Shown here: positions 7,789 through 17,753 of the stretch, one piece after another
How the letters are laid out: every line of letters starts with the position of its first letter
Numbering within the stretch: position 1 is the stretch's first letter
From: Candidatus Methanomethylophilaceae archaeon
GTDB lineage: Bacteria > Bacteroidota > Bacteroidia > Bacteroidales > UBA932
Direction of reading: 5' to 3'
Assembly (NCBI GenBank): GCA_963617915.1
Contig: CAVERO010000001.1
Span: forward strand, 1 to 47,138
DNA length: 47,138 bases
Translations under genes and position numbers: made by a program
The notes under the pieces: model-generated
Told to the model about the DNA's origin: nothing
Databases searched by the model: none
Seen by the model: only the letters and a program-made list of their open reading frames with translations

Positions 7789-10101
7789 ATGGCAGACAAT
7801 CTAGTTATCGTCGAGTCTCCGGCCAAAGCCAAGACTATACAGAAATTCCTGGGCAAAGACTATGTGGTCAAATCCAGTTTCGGTCACATCAGGGACCTTC
7901 AGGACAAGAAACTGAGCGTGGACGTGGAAAGGAACTTCACTCCTGAATATGTCATACCTTCCGACAAGAAGAAGGTGGTGGCCGAACTGAAGAAAGCGGC
8001 GGGTAGCGCTTCCACAGTGTGGCTTGCGTCCGATGAGGACCGGGAGGGAGAGGCAATCTCCTGGCATCTCTTCGAGACCCTCGGACTGAACGAGGCCCAG
8101 ACAAGGAGAATAGTGTTTCACGAAATCACAAAGGATGCGATAGTGAACGCGGTGCGGAATCCGCGCTCGATTGACATGAACCTTGTCAACGCCCAGCAGG
8201 CGCGCAGGGTTCTTGACAGGCTTGTGGGCTTCGAGCTTTCCCCTGTCCTTTGGAGAAAGATCCAGCCGAAGCTCTCGGCGGGGCGCGTGCAGTCCGTGGC
8301 CCTGAGGCTTGTGGTCGAGAGGGAGAAGGAGATCATGGCGTTCGAGAACGAGGCGTTCTACAAAGTCGAGGCATTCTTCCATCCTGCCGGATTCCCGGCG
8401 TCGGTCAAGGTCAAGGCCGCGCTGGACACGAAATTCAAGACAAAGGACGAGGCGAGGGCGTTCCTTCAGGACTGCATTGGAGCGGATTTCACGGTCGCCG
8501 ATGTGGAGAAGAAAGAGGCCATGCGCTTCCCTGCCGCTCCGTTCACGACCTCGACGCTCCAGCAGGAGGCGGCAAGGAAGCTTCACTTCCCCGTCAGCGT
8601 CACGATGAGGGTGGCCCAGGGCCTTTATGAAAAAGGTCTCATCACATACATGAGGACCGACTCAACGAATCTTTCCACCCTGGCTCTCGGGACGGCGAAG
8701 AAATTCATCACCGACAATTTCGGCCCTGAATATTCCAAGACACGTCAGTTCAAGACCCACAGCAAGGGTGCGCAGGAGGCTCACGAGGCCATCCGCCCGA
8801 CATTCATCGACAACACCTCCATCGAAGGAACGGCGCAGGAGCAGAAACTCTACAACCTGATCTGGAAGAGGACCGTGGCGTCCCAGATGGCCGACGCGAA
8901 GGTTCTCAACACCACCCTCAGGGTGGCTTCCGACAGGAGAGCCGAGAGGTTCAACGCCCAGGCCACGCAGGTGCTGTTCGACGGATTCCTTAAATTGTAC
9001 ATGGAAGGGACGGACAACCAGGAGACCGAAGAAGAGGAGATCATGCTTCCGGACCTTCAGGTCGGGACCGCGATGGAGGAAAACGGGATGAGCGCAGAGT
9101 GCAAGTTCACCGCGGCTCCGCCAAGATATTCAGAGGCCACTTTGGTCAGGAAACTTGAGGAACTCGGAATCGGGCGTCCTTCCACCTACGCCCCGACCAT
9201 CGCCACCCTGACCACAGGGCGCGGCTACATCGTCAAGGGTGACAAGGAAGGCCGGAAAGTCAACGTCAATGACCTGACTCTGAAGAACGGGAACATTACC
9301 GAAATAATCAAGACCGAGACAATCGGGGCCGAAAGGGGAAAACTGCTTCCCCAGGAGATCGGAATGATAGTGACCGACTACCTTGAGAAGAATTTCACCG
9401 ACATCATGGGCTACGACTTCACGGCCAACGTCGAGAAGGAGTTCGACCAGATCGCGGACGGGAAACTTGTCTGGAACGATGTCATAGGGGCTTTCTACAC
9501 TCCTTTCCACAAGAAGGTGGACGAGGTGCTCCACGACGGCAACTACAGCCATGTGTCCAAAGAGCTCGGCACAGACCCGGAAGGCAACAAGATCACCGCG
9601 AAGTTCGGCAAGTTCGGCCCTTACATCCAGAAGGGAGAAGGCGAGAAAGCACAGTTCGCGTCCCTCGGCAAGGACCAGCTCATCGAGAACATCACCCTTG
9701 AGGAGGCTCTCGGAATGTTCCGGCTGCCGCGCACTGTCGGGGAATATAACGGTGTCGAGGTGGTCGCATTGAAAGGCCGCTTCGGTCCATACCTGAAATA
9801 CGGCGACAAGAACTTCTCGATTCCGCGCGGCAAGGATCCTCTCAAGATCACCTTGGACGAATGCGCGGCAGTGATAGACGAGGGCCTGAACAAGACCGCC
9901 GCCAATTCCGTGATGGCTGAATATCAGGACAGCGACATCCAGGTCATCAACGGCCGCTACGGCCCGTACATCAAACACGCCGGTTCAAACTACAAGATTC
10001 CGAAGGAGACAGACGCCGCCACTCTCACCGAAGCGGACTGTCTGGAAATCATTAACAATTCAAAACCGACTGAAAAAGGGCGGCGGCGTTTTAGTAAGTG
10101 A
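7789..10101 (+). CDS. topA: DNA topoisomerase I
   Basis: LVIVESPAKAKTI, DEDREGEAI, ITYMRTDS and C-terminal GRFGPY repeats. Confidence 0.98.
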   Translation: MADNLVIVESPAKAKTIQKFLGKDYVVKSSFGHIRDLQDKKLSVDVERNFTPEYVIPSDKKKVVAELKKAAGSASTVWLASDEDREGEAISWHLFETLGLNEAQTRRIVFHEITKDAIVNAVRNPRSIDMNLVNAQQARRVLDRLVGFELSPVLWRKIQPKLSAGRVQSVALRLVVEREKEIMAFENEAFYKVEAFFHPAGFPASVKVKAALDTKFKTKDEARAFLQDCIGADFTVADVEKKEAMRFPAAPFTTSTLQQEAARKLHFPVSVTMRVAQGLYEKGLITYMRTDSTNLSTLALGTAKKFITDNFGPEYSKTRQFKTHSKGAQEAHEAIRPTFIDNTSIEGTAQEQKLYNLIWKRTVASQMADAKVLNTTLRVASDRRAERFNAQATQVLFDGFLKLYMEGTDNQETEEEEIMLPDLQVGTAMEENGMSAECKFTAAPPRYSEATLVRKLEELGIGRPSTYAPTIATLTTGRGYIVKGDKEGRKVNVNDLTLKNGNITEIIKTETIGAERGKLLPQEIGMIVTDYLEKNFTDIMGYDFTANVEKEFDQIADGKLVWNDVIGAFYTPFHKKVDEVLHDGNYSHVSKELGTDPEGNKITAKFGKFGPYIQKGEGEKAQFASLGKDQLIENITLEEALGMFRLPRTVGEYNGVEVVALKGRFGPYLKYGDKNFSIPRGKDPLKITLDECAAVIDEGLNKTAANSVMAEYQDSDIQVINGRYGPYIKHAGSNYKIPKETDAATLTEADCLEIINNSKPTEKGRRRFSK

Positions 10102-10254
10102 TTCCTAAAAAATAACTTGGTGCTTTTGTTCGTCTTTTTGGCCTAAATTTATTTGTTCATCAGTCATGTGCCACCGGCACACTCCTTCTTCTCAAACAAA
10201 TTTATCCGCAAAAATCCTTCACAAAACCTTACCAACTTATTTTTTCATCATCAC
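10098..10254 (-). mobile_element. 157-bp palindromic element E3 (ERIC-like core), contains the topA stop codon
   Basis: Plus-strand TAA-GTGATTCCTAAAAAATAACTTGGT...ACCAACTTATTTTTTCATCATCAC-TAA; minus-strand core GAAGAAGGAG-TGTGCC-ggt-GGCACA-TGACTGATGA. Confidence 0.8.
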
Positions 10255-10257
10255 TAA

Positions 10258-10341
10258 GCGGTAAAAAATAAGTTGCCGCAGATTTGGCAAAGATTTTTGA
10301 GGATAGATTGCCTGAAATGAGGCAAGTTATTTTTTAACGGT
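10258..10341. repeat. Short core-less derivative abutting E3
   Basis: Imperfect TIR GCGGTAAAAAATAAGTTGCCGCA / TGAGGCAAGTTATTTTTTAACGGT; starts right after the TAA closing E3. Confidence 0.6.
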
Positions 10342-10410
10342 TATAAAAAATCTTGACATTTTAAGTTTTTTTACATATTTTAGCGGCTGTTTAGTAATAA
10401 ATCGAAAGCA

Positions 10411-10926
10411 ATGGCAACTTATCACATCGATCAGATTGACCAGAAAATTCTTTCTTTCTTGGTCAACAACGCCAGGATGCCTTTCCTGGAAATCGCTCGT
10501 GAGTGCGGTGTTTCAGGAGCCGCGATCCACCAAAGAGTAAAAAGACTTGAGACCAACGGTGTCATCACGGGATCGAGGCTGCTCGTAAAGCCTCAGGCTT
10601 TGGGGCTCAACGTGTGCGCGTTCATCAGCGTCACCCTTTCCGAAGCGAACAAATACCCTGAAGTCGTGGCGAATCTGAAGAAAATCGCCGAGATTGTGGA
10701 ATGCCATTTCGTGACAGGGAAGGCGGCCTTGCTTCTAAAGGCATATTGCTTTGACAATGATCACCTTATGGAGATTCTTATCAACACTATCCAGAACATC
10801 CCTTACATCCAGTCAACCGAGACGATGATCTCCCTTGACCAGGCTATCGAGCGTCAGGTTTGGGTCAAGGACTACAAACGGACCGCCTACCAGCCTAACA
10901 ACGGTCTCGGAAAGAAGACGAAATAA
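10411..10926 (+). CDS. Lrp/AsnC family transcriptional regulator
   Basis: IDQIDQKILSFLVNNARMPFLEIARECGVS HTH plus a RAM domain. Confidence 0.93.
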   Translation: MATYHIDQIDQKILSFLVNNARMPFLEIARECGVSGAAIHQRVKRLETNGVITGSRLLVKPQALGLNVCAFISVTLSEANKYPEVVANLKKIAEIVECHFVTGKAALLLKAYCFDNDHLMEILINTIQNIPYIQSTETMISLDQAIERQVWVKDYKRTAYQPNNGLGKKTK

Positions 10927-11626
10927 TCAACCTTGCGAGGTCCAGATCCTCCGGGGACGTCAATTTGAAGTTATACCTCTCTCCCTCACAGAAGGAGAGG
11001 GGTATTCCTTTTTTGAGCGCGACGGAGGCGTCATCCGTGAAAGCGGTGTCAAAGGGTTGTGAATATGCTTCCTTGATGTCTTTGGAAAGGAACATCTGGG
11101 GGGTCTGCGCCCCGAAAACCCGACTCCTGTCCACAGACTCTCCGACAGCGGGCACGAGGACATCCGGACCGCCCGCCCTCTTGACCTTGTCCAGCACCTT
11201 GAGCGTGTCCACCGAAGGAATCACCGGTATCAATGAACGCAGCCCCTCCGATTCCATCCTTGCGAACATCCTCCGGATCAATTCCGCGGACAACAGAGGA
11301 CGCACGCCGTCGTGAATCGCCACTATCGCCCCGTCCGGAACCTTCTCCAAGGCGTTTCTTACGGAATGGAAGCGGGTGAATCCTCCCATAACCAATGTCT
11401 GAGGACATGAAAAATCAGACGAGACACAATACTCCTTCCAGAAAGAAAGGTGGTCTTTCGGAAGGACCGTGACGACCTTGATGTCCGGGACAGCCTTGAC
11501 GAATTTCTCGATCGTCCTTCGGAGAATCGGAACTCCGCCCAGATCCAGGAACTGCTTGGGCACGGAAGCGCCCATCCGGACACCGCTTCCTGCCGCCATT
11601 ACAATCAATATTTTTTTTCTGCTCAT
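10895..11626 (-). CDS. ispD: 2-C-methyl-D-erythritol 4-phosphate cytidylyltransferase
   Basis: MAAGSGVRMG..PKQF, IHDGVRP, AQTPQ, TDD and NFKLTSPEDL motifs. Confidence 0.95.
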   Translation of the reverse strand: MSRKKILIVMAAGSGVRMGASVPKQFLDLGGVPILRRTIEKFVKAVPDIKVVTVLPKDHLSFWKEYCVSSDFSCPQTLVMGGFTRFHSVRNALEKVPDGAIVAIHDGVRPLLSAELIRRMFARMESEGLRSLIPVIPSVDTLKVLDKVKRAGGPDVLVPAVGESVDRSRVFGAQTPQMFLSKDIKEAYSQPFDTAFTDDASVALKKGIPLSFCEGERYNFKLTSPEDLDLARLIISSSFRDRC

Positions 11627-11698
11627 ATAATTTCTCACAAATATAACTTTTTTCGTATATTTACGAGTTGTATAATATTATGTATAATAATAACAGTT

Positions 11699-12721
11699 AT
11701 GGCATTTTCATTTCTGACTAAAGAGATAGCGATGGATCTCGGAACAGCCAACACCGTCATATTCAGCAATGACGAGATTGTGCTGGACGCCCCGAGCATT
11801 GTAGCTATAGACAATACCACCAAGAAGTGCATAGCGTTCGGCCAGCAGGCCAAACTGATGCACGAGCACACCAACCCCGGCATCAGGACCATCAGGCCGT
11901 TGAGGAACGGGGTAATCGCTGATTTCGAGGCTGCGGAGATGATGATCAAGAGTTTCATCAAACAGGTGAACAGCAAGAAGAAGTCCATCTTCTCTCCAAA
12001 CCTCAAGATAGTGGTCGGGATTCCGTCCGGAAGTACGCAGGTGGAGATCAGGGCTGTGCGCGACTCTTGTGAACACGCCGGCGGCCGCGACGTTTTCCTG
12101 ATCTACGAGCCGATGGCGGCGGCCCTCGGTATCGGCCTTGACGTGGAGGCCCCGAAGGGGAACATGGTCGTTGACATAGGTGGTGGTACGGCGGAGATCG
12201 CTGTCATCTCATTGGGCGGCATCGTGGTGCAGGAAAGCATCGCCACGGCGGGAGACGTGTTCAACAGCGACATCCAGTATTACATGCGCCAGCAGCATAA
12301 CATCAAGATCGGAGAGACCACCGCCGAAAAGATCAAGATCGCCGTCGGTGCCGTCATCCCGGATCTGGACGAAGAGCCTGAGCCGTACGTCGTGAACGGC
12401 CCTAACCTTATGACCGCCCACCCTGTAGAGGCCACGATCTCCTATCAGGAAATCGCCCACTGCCTCGACAAATCCATAGCGAAGCTTGAGTCTTCCATCC
12501 TTCATGTGCTTGAGCAGACTCCTCCGGAGTTATATTCGGACATCGTCGAGAACGGAATATTCCTTTCCGGCGGAGGCGCTCTGCTGCGCGGACTCGCAAA
12601 GAGGTTCACCGAGAAAGTGAACATCCAGTTCCACGTGGCCGAGGATCCGCTCCGGGCCGTTGCGAGAGGCACCTGCATCGCTCTCAAGAAGACATCCAAC
12701 TACTCATTCCTGATGAGGTAA
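11699..12721 (+). CDS. mreB: Rod shape-determining protein MreB
   Basis: DLGTANT, DIGGGT and GGGALL motifs; start at ATG 11699 (MAFSFLTKEIAMDLG). Confidence 0.97.
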   Translation: MAFSFLTKEIAMDLGTANTVIFSNDEIVLDAPSIVAIDNTTKKCIAFGQQAKLMHEHTNPGIRTIRPLRNGVIADFEAAEMMIKSFIKQVNSKKKSIFSPNLKIVVGIPSGSTQVEIRAVRDSCEHAGGRDVFLIYEPMAAALGIGLDVEAPKGNMVVDIGGGTAEIAVISLGGIVVQESIATAGDVFNSDIQYYMRQQHNIKIGETTAEKIKIAVGAVIPDLDEEPEPYVVNGPNLMTAHPVEATISYQEIAHCLDKSIAKLESSILHVLEQTPPELYSDIVENGIFLSGGGALLRGLAKRFTEKVNIQFHVAEDPLRAVARGTCIALKKTSNYSFLMR

Positions 12722-13554
12722 TGCCAAAGGAGAGATCCATAGTCCAAAGATTCTTCATAGCCGTGGTCTTCATAGTGTTGGAGGTCGCGGCTATCTTGAT
12801 GCTTTCGCACAACCGCCAGCTCCAGAGGCTTTGGATAGCAAGGATCTCGCATGGATTCATGGCCGCCACGTGGGGGACCACGCAGACCGTCTCCGACTAT
12901 TTCTCGCTCAGGAAACAGAACGACGAGCTCGCTCTGGAGAACAGCAGGCTTCAGGAAATCGTCAGAAGTTACGAGCTTGCGGCCAGAGAGGCCGACCCCG
13001 CTATGAAACCGATGATGATGGACAACGGGTTCAACTATATCCCGGCCACCATCATCAAGTCCAGCACAAACACCCAGCACAACTACCTGATCATCGACAA
13101 AGGCAGCGATGACGGAGTGACCAGAAACTCCGGAGTCGTCACTCCTGACGGCGTGATCGGCATTGTGGACGCTGTAAGCCGCCATTACTCATACGCAATC
13201 TCATTCCTCAACACAGAATTGTTCATCAGCGCAAGGCTTGGGGAATCCGGAGCCGTGGGCCCGCTCGCCTGGGACGGGGCAAGTTCCGATGGGGCCATCC
13301 TGAAGGAAATCCCTCTCCAGTTCAAGTTCGAACCGGGGGACACGGTCTATACGAGCGGGTATTCATCAATATTCCCACCGGATATTCCAATAGGGGTGGC
13401 GGGAGACTCGAAGATCATCAACGGAGCCACCAACGAAATCAAGGTGCGCCTGTTCCAAGACCATAAGGCTCTGAAATACATCACAATAGTGAGGAACACA
13501 CGGGCCGGGGAAATCGAAGCCATCGAGAAACAAGAAGAACAGTCCAGGAAATGA
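12721..13554 (+). CDS. mreC: Rod shape-determining protein MreC
   Basis: TM plus coiled coil; IDKGSDDGV and TSGYSSIFPPDIPIG motifs; synteny. Confidence 0.95.
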   Translation: MPKERSIVQRFFIAVVFIVLEVAAILMLSHNRQLQRLWIARISHGFMAATWGTTQTVSDYFSLRKQNDELALENSRLQEIVRSYELAAREADPAMKPMMMDNGFNYIPATIIKSSTNTQHNYLIIDKGSDDGVTRNSGVVTPDGVIGIVDAVSRHYSYAISFLNTELFISARLGESGAVGPLAWDGASSDGAILKEIPLQFKFEPGDTVYTSGYSSIFPPDIPIGVAGDSKIINGATNEIKVRLFQDHKALKYITIVRNTRAGEIEAIEKQEEQSRK

Positions 13555-14060
13555 GAAACAGTTTTGCGTTGACATACATCTTGTTGACAGTCGCCCAGAT
13601 GATCCTGAGCAACTATTTCCATTTCACTCCTTATGTGATGGTCACAATCCTGCCGACGATGGTTCTCTGCATCCCGACCAAGACCGACACTGCCGGAGCG
13701 ATGCTGATAGCCTTCGTCACCGGTCTCGCCGTGGATTTCTTCGCTGAAGGCGCCTTGGGCATAAACGCCCTGTCTCTGGTCCCCGTGGCGCTGCTCAGGA
13801 AGCCGGTCATCGGAATATTCTTCGGCAACGAACCATTTGAACAACAGGAGAACATCTCCATCAAGAAATATGGCTTCGTCAGAGTGTCGTTCGTCGTCAC
13901 GCTGATGACCCTGCTGTTCCTGCTGATCTACTTTGCGGCCGACTGCGCCGGCACAAGACCATTCTGGTTTGTCGCGACCTGTACCGGACTTTCGACACTC
14001 GCCAGCTACATCGCTTCAGTATGTATCCTCAATCAGCTGACCTATGAAGACAGAAGGTAG
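13551..14060 (+). CDS. mreD: Rod shape-determining protein MreD
   Basis: Hydrophobic 169-aa protein between mreC and PBP2; GLAVD motif. Confidence 0.85.
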   Translation: MRNSFALTYILLTVAQMILSNYFHFTPYVMVTILPTMVLCIPTKTDTAGAMLIAFVTGLAVDFFAEGALGINALSLVPVALLRKPVIGIFFGNEPFEQQENISIKKYGFVRVSFVVTLMTLLFLLIYFAADCAGTRPFWFVATCTGLSTLASYIASVCILNQLTYEDRR

Positions 14061-15891
14061 GGGCAGGACGCTGCTGATCGGTCTGCTTATCGTGGCGGCC
14101 ATCATTCTCGGAAGGCTGTTCTACATCCAGATCATCAACGAGAAGTACAAAAGGGACGCCTCGAACAACTCAATGGTCTATGACATCATCTACCCGACCA
14201 GAGGCATCATCTACGACCGCAACGGCAAGATCATAGTCAGCAACAAAGTCACTTACGACATCCTTGTCACTCCGAAGGAAGTACAGCCGTTCGACACGTT
14301 GATGCTGGCGGAAGCGCTGGGCGTGGAGCCAGGTTTCATCCGGAGCAAGATGGCCGAATATGCCAGGAACCGCCGACGCATCGGCTACCAGAGCGTGGTC
14401 ATGCTCAAGCAGATCAAACCGGAGACATACATGAGGTTCGCTGAGCTCCAGTATAATTTTCCGGGCTTCAGAGGCCAGGCGAGAAGCATCAGGGACTATC
14501 CTGTCAACGCTGGAGGCAACCTTCTCGGTTACGTCTCCGAGGTGGATGCGGGCTACATCGAGAAGCATCCGGGAGAGTACCGTCCCGGAGACTATGCCGG
14601 GAAGACAGGCATCGAGGCGGCGCGGGAGAAGGAACTTCGGGGAGAAAAGGGCTATCACATCTACCTGCGCAACTCCCACAACCAGATCGAGCAGCGTTAC
14701 AAGGACGGCGAGATGGACAAGGAGGCCGTCCCTGGACACGACATCCACACCACGATCGACGCTGACCTTCAGCAATACGGTCAGGAACTCATGAAGAACA
14801 AGGTCGGAAGCCTTGTGGCAATCGAGCCGGCGACCGGTGAGATTCTGACGTTGGTTTCCAGTCCGGGAGTCGATGTGAGCATGCTTGCGGACATCGGCCA
14901 GCACTATGACGAAATCATCAAGGACCCGCACAAGCCGATGTTCAACAGAGCCGTGCAGGCCCCCTACCCTCCGGGATCCGTGTTCAAGCTTGTCAACGGT
15001 CTCATAGGACTTCAGGAGGGCACGCTCACGCCAGAGATGGCCTACCCTTGCAGCCAGGGCTACCATTTCGGGAACAGGAAACTTGGCTGCCACATCCACA
15101 GGTCTCCGCTTGTGCTGGAAGAGGCGATCATGATGTCCTGCAACGGCTTCTTCTGCTACGTGCTCAAGAATATTCTTGAAAACAGGAAGTACCACGACAT
15201 CGGCGAGGCGCTGGACAAATGGAACGAATACGTCCAGAGCATGGGCTTCGGCCACAAGCTGGGCAGCGACTTCCCGGCGGAATTGGGCGGAACAATCCCG
15301 ACCTCGAAGCTGTACAACAAAATCTACGGGAAGGGCGGCTGGAAATTCACGACCATAATCTCGATTTCCATCGGTCAGGGAGAAGTGGGCGTCACCCCGC
15401 TTCAAATCGCTAATCTGGCCGCCACCGTGGCGAACAGAGGATGGTACAGGATTCCGCACATCATAAAGGAATCAGAAGGGGTGGAAATCGATCCGAAATA
15501 TCACGAAAGGCAGTACACGATGGTGGACACGACGAATTACAAGAAGGTGACGCAAGGCATGTGGAGAGCCGTCAACAGCGGGTTCGGCTCCGGAGGTACA
15601 GCATCCATCGCCGCCGTTCCCGGACTTGACATCTGCGGAAAGACAGGTACGGCGCAGAATCCGCGCGGAGCGGACAACTCGGTGTTCATCTGTTTCGCTC
15701 CGAAGGACAACCCGAAAATCGCTGTGGCCGCCTACATAGAAAACGCCGGTTTCGGAGCGACCTGGGCAGCACCGATCGCATCCCTGCTGGTTGAGAAATA
15801 TCTCAACGGAGAGATCGGCGACCAACGTCGGGGACTGGAGGACAGGGTTCTCAAAGGGGACCTGATGTCAAGGGTCAAGGCTTACAAATAA
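14044..15891 (+). CDS. mrdA: Penicillin-binding protein 2
   Basis: RGIIYDRNG, PGSVFK, SCN and GKTGTAQ motifs. Confidence 0.95.
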   Translation: MKTEGRGRTLLIGLLIVAAIILGRLFYIQIINEKYKRDASNNSMVYDIIYPTRGIIYDRNGKIIVSNKVTYDILVTPKEVQPFDTLMLAEALGVEPGFIRSKMAEYARNRRRIGYQSVVMLKQIKPETYMRFAELQYNFPGFRGQARSIRDYPVNAGGNLLGYVSEVDAGYIEKHPGEYRPGDYAGKTGIEAAREKELRGEKGYHIYLRNSHNQIEQRYKDGEMDKEAVPGHDIHTTIDADLQQYGQELMKNKVGSLVAIEPATGEILTLVSSPGVDVSMLADIGQHYDEIIKDPHKPMFNRAVQAPYPPGSVFKLVNGLIGLQEGTLTPEMAYPCSQGYHFGNRKLGCHIHRSPLVLEEAIMMSCNGFFCYVLKNILENRKYHDIGEALDKWNEYVQSMGFGHKLGSDFPAELGGTIPTSKLYNKIYGKGGWKFTTIISISIGQGEVGVTPLQIANLAATVANRGWYRIPHIIKESEGVEIDPKYHERQYTMVDTTNYKKVTQGMWRAVNSGFGSGGTASIAAVPGLDICGKTGTAQNPRGADNSVFICFAPKDNPKIAVAAYIENAGFGATWAAPIASLLVEKYLNGEIGDQRRGLEDRVLKGDLMSRVKAYK

Positions 15892-15898
15892 TTGGAGG

Positions 15899-17344
15899 AT
15901 GGTGAACTTTTCGGACAGAGGGATCAAACGGAGTGTTGACTGGGCGCTGGTGGTCACTTACCTGCTCCTCATCCTCATCGGATGGGTCAACATCTACGCC
16001 TCCATCCATTCCGAAGGGCCGGCGTCGGCTTTCGATTTCGGATTCCGCTGCGGCAAGCAGTTCGTGTGGATTCTTACGGCCTTGGGGCTCGCCGGGATGA
16101 TTCTTTTCGCGATAAACCCGCAATTCTGGGAAAGCTCGTCGCTGATTCTGTACCTGGGTGTCCTGGGGATGCTCGTGGCTGTGATATTCCTTGGAATCGA
16201 TGTCAAGGGCTCCAGATCCTGGTTCGAGTTCGGATTCATCAGGTTCCAGCCTGCCGAAGTCTCGAAAATCACCACGTCATTACTTTTGGCCACGCTATTG
16301 AGCCAAGCCAATTTCCGGATAACCCGGTTCAAGGACTTTCTTCTGACGGTTCTGATTCTCGGAATACCTATGGTCGTCATCCTGGCGGAAAAAGAAACGG
16401 GTTCGGCATTGGTGTACGTCGGATTCATATTCGTCATGTACAGAGAAGGTTTTTCTGGTTGGTGGATATTCTGCATCGGGATGGCGGTCCTGCTGTTCAT
16501 CCTCACTCTGACTGTCTCGCCCTACGTGTCCATCCTTGTGCTTGCGGGCGTGCTTCTGCTGTGCAACGGATTGGAATCCGGCAGAACCGGAGTGCCGCTC
16601 TGGATATTCACGGGAACATTCCTGCTCCTTTGCCTGTTGCCTTGGGTTTTCGGGAAATTCGGCCCGGAATCCTTCCTGTCAAAGATAAATCCTCTTTACA
16701 TTCTGATCGCGGTCTGCTTCGCTGCCGCACTGTACATGATGATCCTTGGCTATAAGTCGCGCCGCCGTTTTCTGTCAATGTCGGCTTTGGGACTGATGGC
16801 CGGGATAGCCCTCGTGTTCTCCACCGAGTTCATATTCAACAACATCCTTCAGGAGCATCAACGGAAAAGAATCGAGGTGCTGCTGGGCATGACGGAGGAC
16901 CCGACCGGGGTCGGCTACAATGTCAACCAGAGCATGATAGCCATCGGTTCAGGCGGTTTCTCCGGGAAAGGTTTTCTGGGCGGCACTCAAACCACCTTCG
17001 GTTTCGTGCCGGAACAAAGCACGGATTTCATCTTCTGCACAGTCGGAGAGGAATGGGGATTCCTCGGCTGCCTTGTCGTGATTGCCCTGTACGTGTTCCT
17101 GATTTCCAGAATAATTACCGACGCGGAGAAAAGCAGGGGGGCGTTCACACGGATTTATGGCTATTGTGTCGCCTCCTGCATATTCATGCACCTCTTCATT
17201 AACATCGGGATGACAATCGGCATTATGCCCGTGATCGGAATTCCTTTGCCTCTGCTCAGCTATGGAGGTTCGTCGCTATGGGCTTTCACCGTGTTGATTT
17301 TCATATTCATAGCCCTTTACCGGCAGGAAAAGAAGTATTATTAA
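15899..17344 (+). CDS. rodA: Rod shape-determining SEDS protein RodA
   Basis: FQPAEVSK, TDFIF and GIPLPLLSYGGSS motifs; follows mrdA. Confidence 0.95.
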   Translation: MVNFSDRGIKRSVDWALVVTYLLLILIGWVNIYASIHSEGPASAFDFGFRCGKQFVWILTALGLAGMILFAINPQFWESSSLILYLGVLGMLVAVIFLGIDVKGSRSWFEFGFIRFQPAEVSKITTSLLLATLLSQANFRITRFKDFLLTVLILGIPMVVILAEKETGSALVYVGFIFVMYREGFSGWWIFCIGMAVLLFILTLTVSPYVSILVLAGVLLLCNGLESGRTGVPLWIFTGTFLLLCLLPWVFGKFGPESFLSKINPLYILIAVCFAAALYMMILGYKSRRRFLSMSALGLMAGIALVFSTEFIFNNILQEHQRKRIEVLLGMTEDPTGVGYNVNQSMIAIGSGGFSGKGFLGGTQTTFGFVPEQSTDFIFCTVGEEWGFLGCLVVIALYVFLISRIITDAEKSRGAFTRIYGYCVASCIFMHLFINIGMTIGIMPVIGIPLPLLSYGGSSLWAFTVLIFIFIALYRQEKKYY

Positions 17345-17419
17345 CCCATACCTTATCCAGCGTTTGAAGAGCTTCCTATGCGAATAATCAATTCACGTTA
17401 CTCCTAGAACAGCTTCTAA

Positions 17420-17491
17420 GAAGCTGTTTTGATTTGTTTGAAATGTTCTTTGAGGCGAAAAAACTTCAAACAAACAACTCAAAAAAGCTTC
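17420..17491. mobile_element. 72-bp internally deleted derivative of E1
   Basis: TAA-GAAGCTGTTTTGATTTGTTTG...AAAAAAGCTTC-TAA; preceded by a leftover AACAGCTTC end. Confidence 0.85.
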
Positions 17492-17542
17492 TAAAAATAG
17501 GCACTTTCCGGAGGTTTTTCACAATCAATGAGTTTTTTTTAG

Positions 17543-17550
17543 TAACTTTG
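17543..17550 (+). promoter_or_regulatory. Bacteroidota -7 promoter element for tRNA-Leu
   Basis: TAACTTTG 9 nt before the tRNA. Confidence 0.65.
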
Positions 17551-17559
17551 CAATCTATC

Positions 17560-17644
17560 GCCTTGGTGGTGAAATGGTAGACACGAGGGACTTAAAATCC
17601 CTTGGACAGAAATGTCCGTGCGGGTTCGATTCCCGCCCGAGGCA
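17560..17644 (+). tRNA. tRNA-Leu(TAA)
   Basis: GCCTTGG/CCGAGGC acceptor stem, anticodon loop CTTAAAA, long variable arm, GGTTCGATTCC T-arm. Confidence 0.97.
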
Positions 17645-17753
17645 CAAGGACGATAACCTATTTATTCGCTGATATTCAATAAATTACACACTACCCAACT
17701 ATAATATAGGGAGTGTCAGGCAAGATTTAGAAGCTGTCTTCGACGCATCAAGG

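Noticed and set aside
869..10341. Elements as integron attC sites
   Set aside because: No clear RYYYAAC/GTTRRRY boxes, mixed orientations, they flank core genes, and no integrase is present.
11450..11698. Long N-terminal extension of MreB
   Set aside because: Overlaps ispD on the opposite strand; the canonical start is at 11699.
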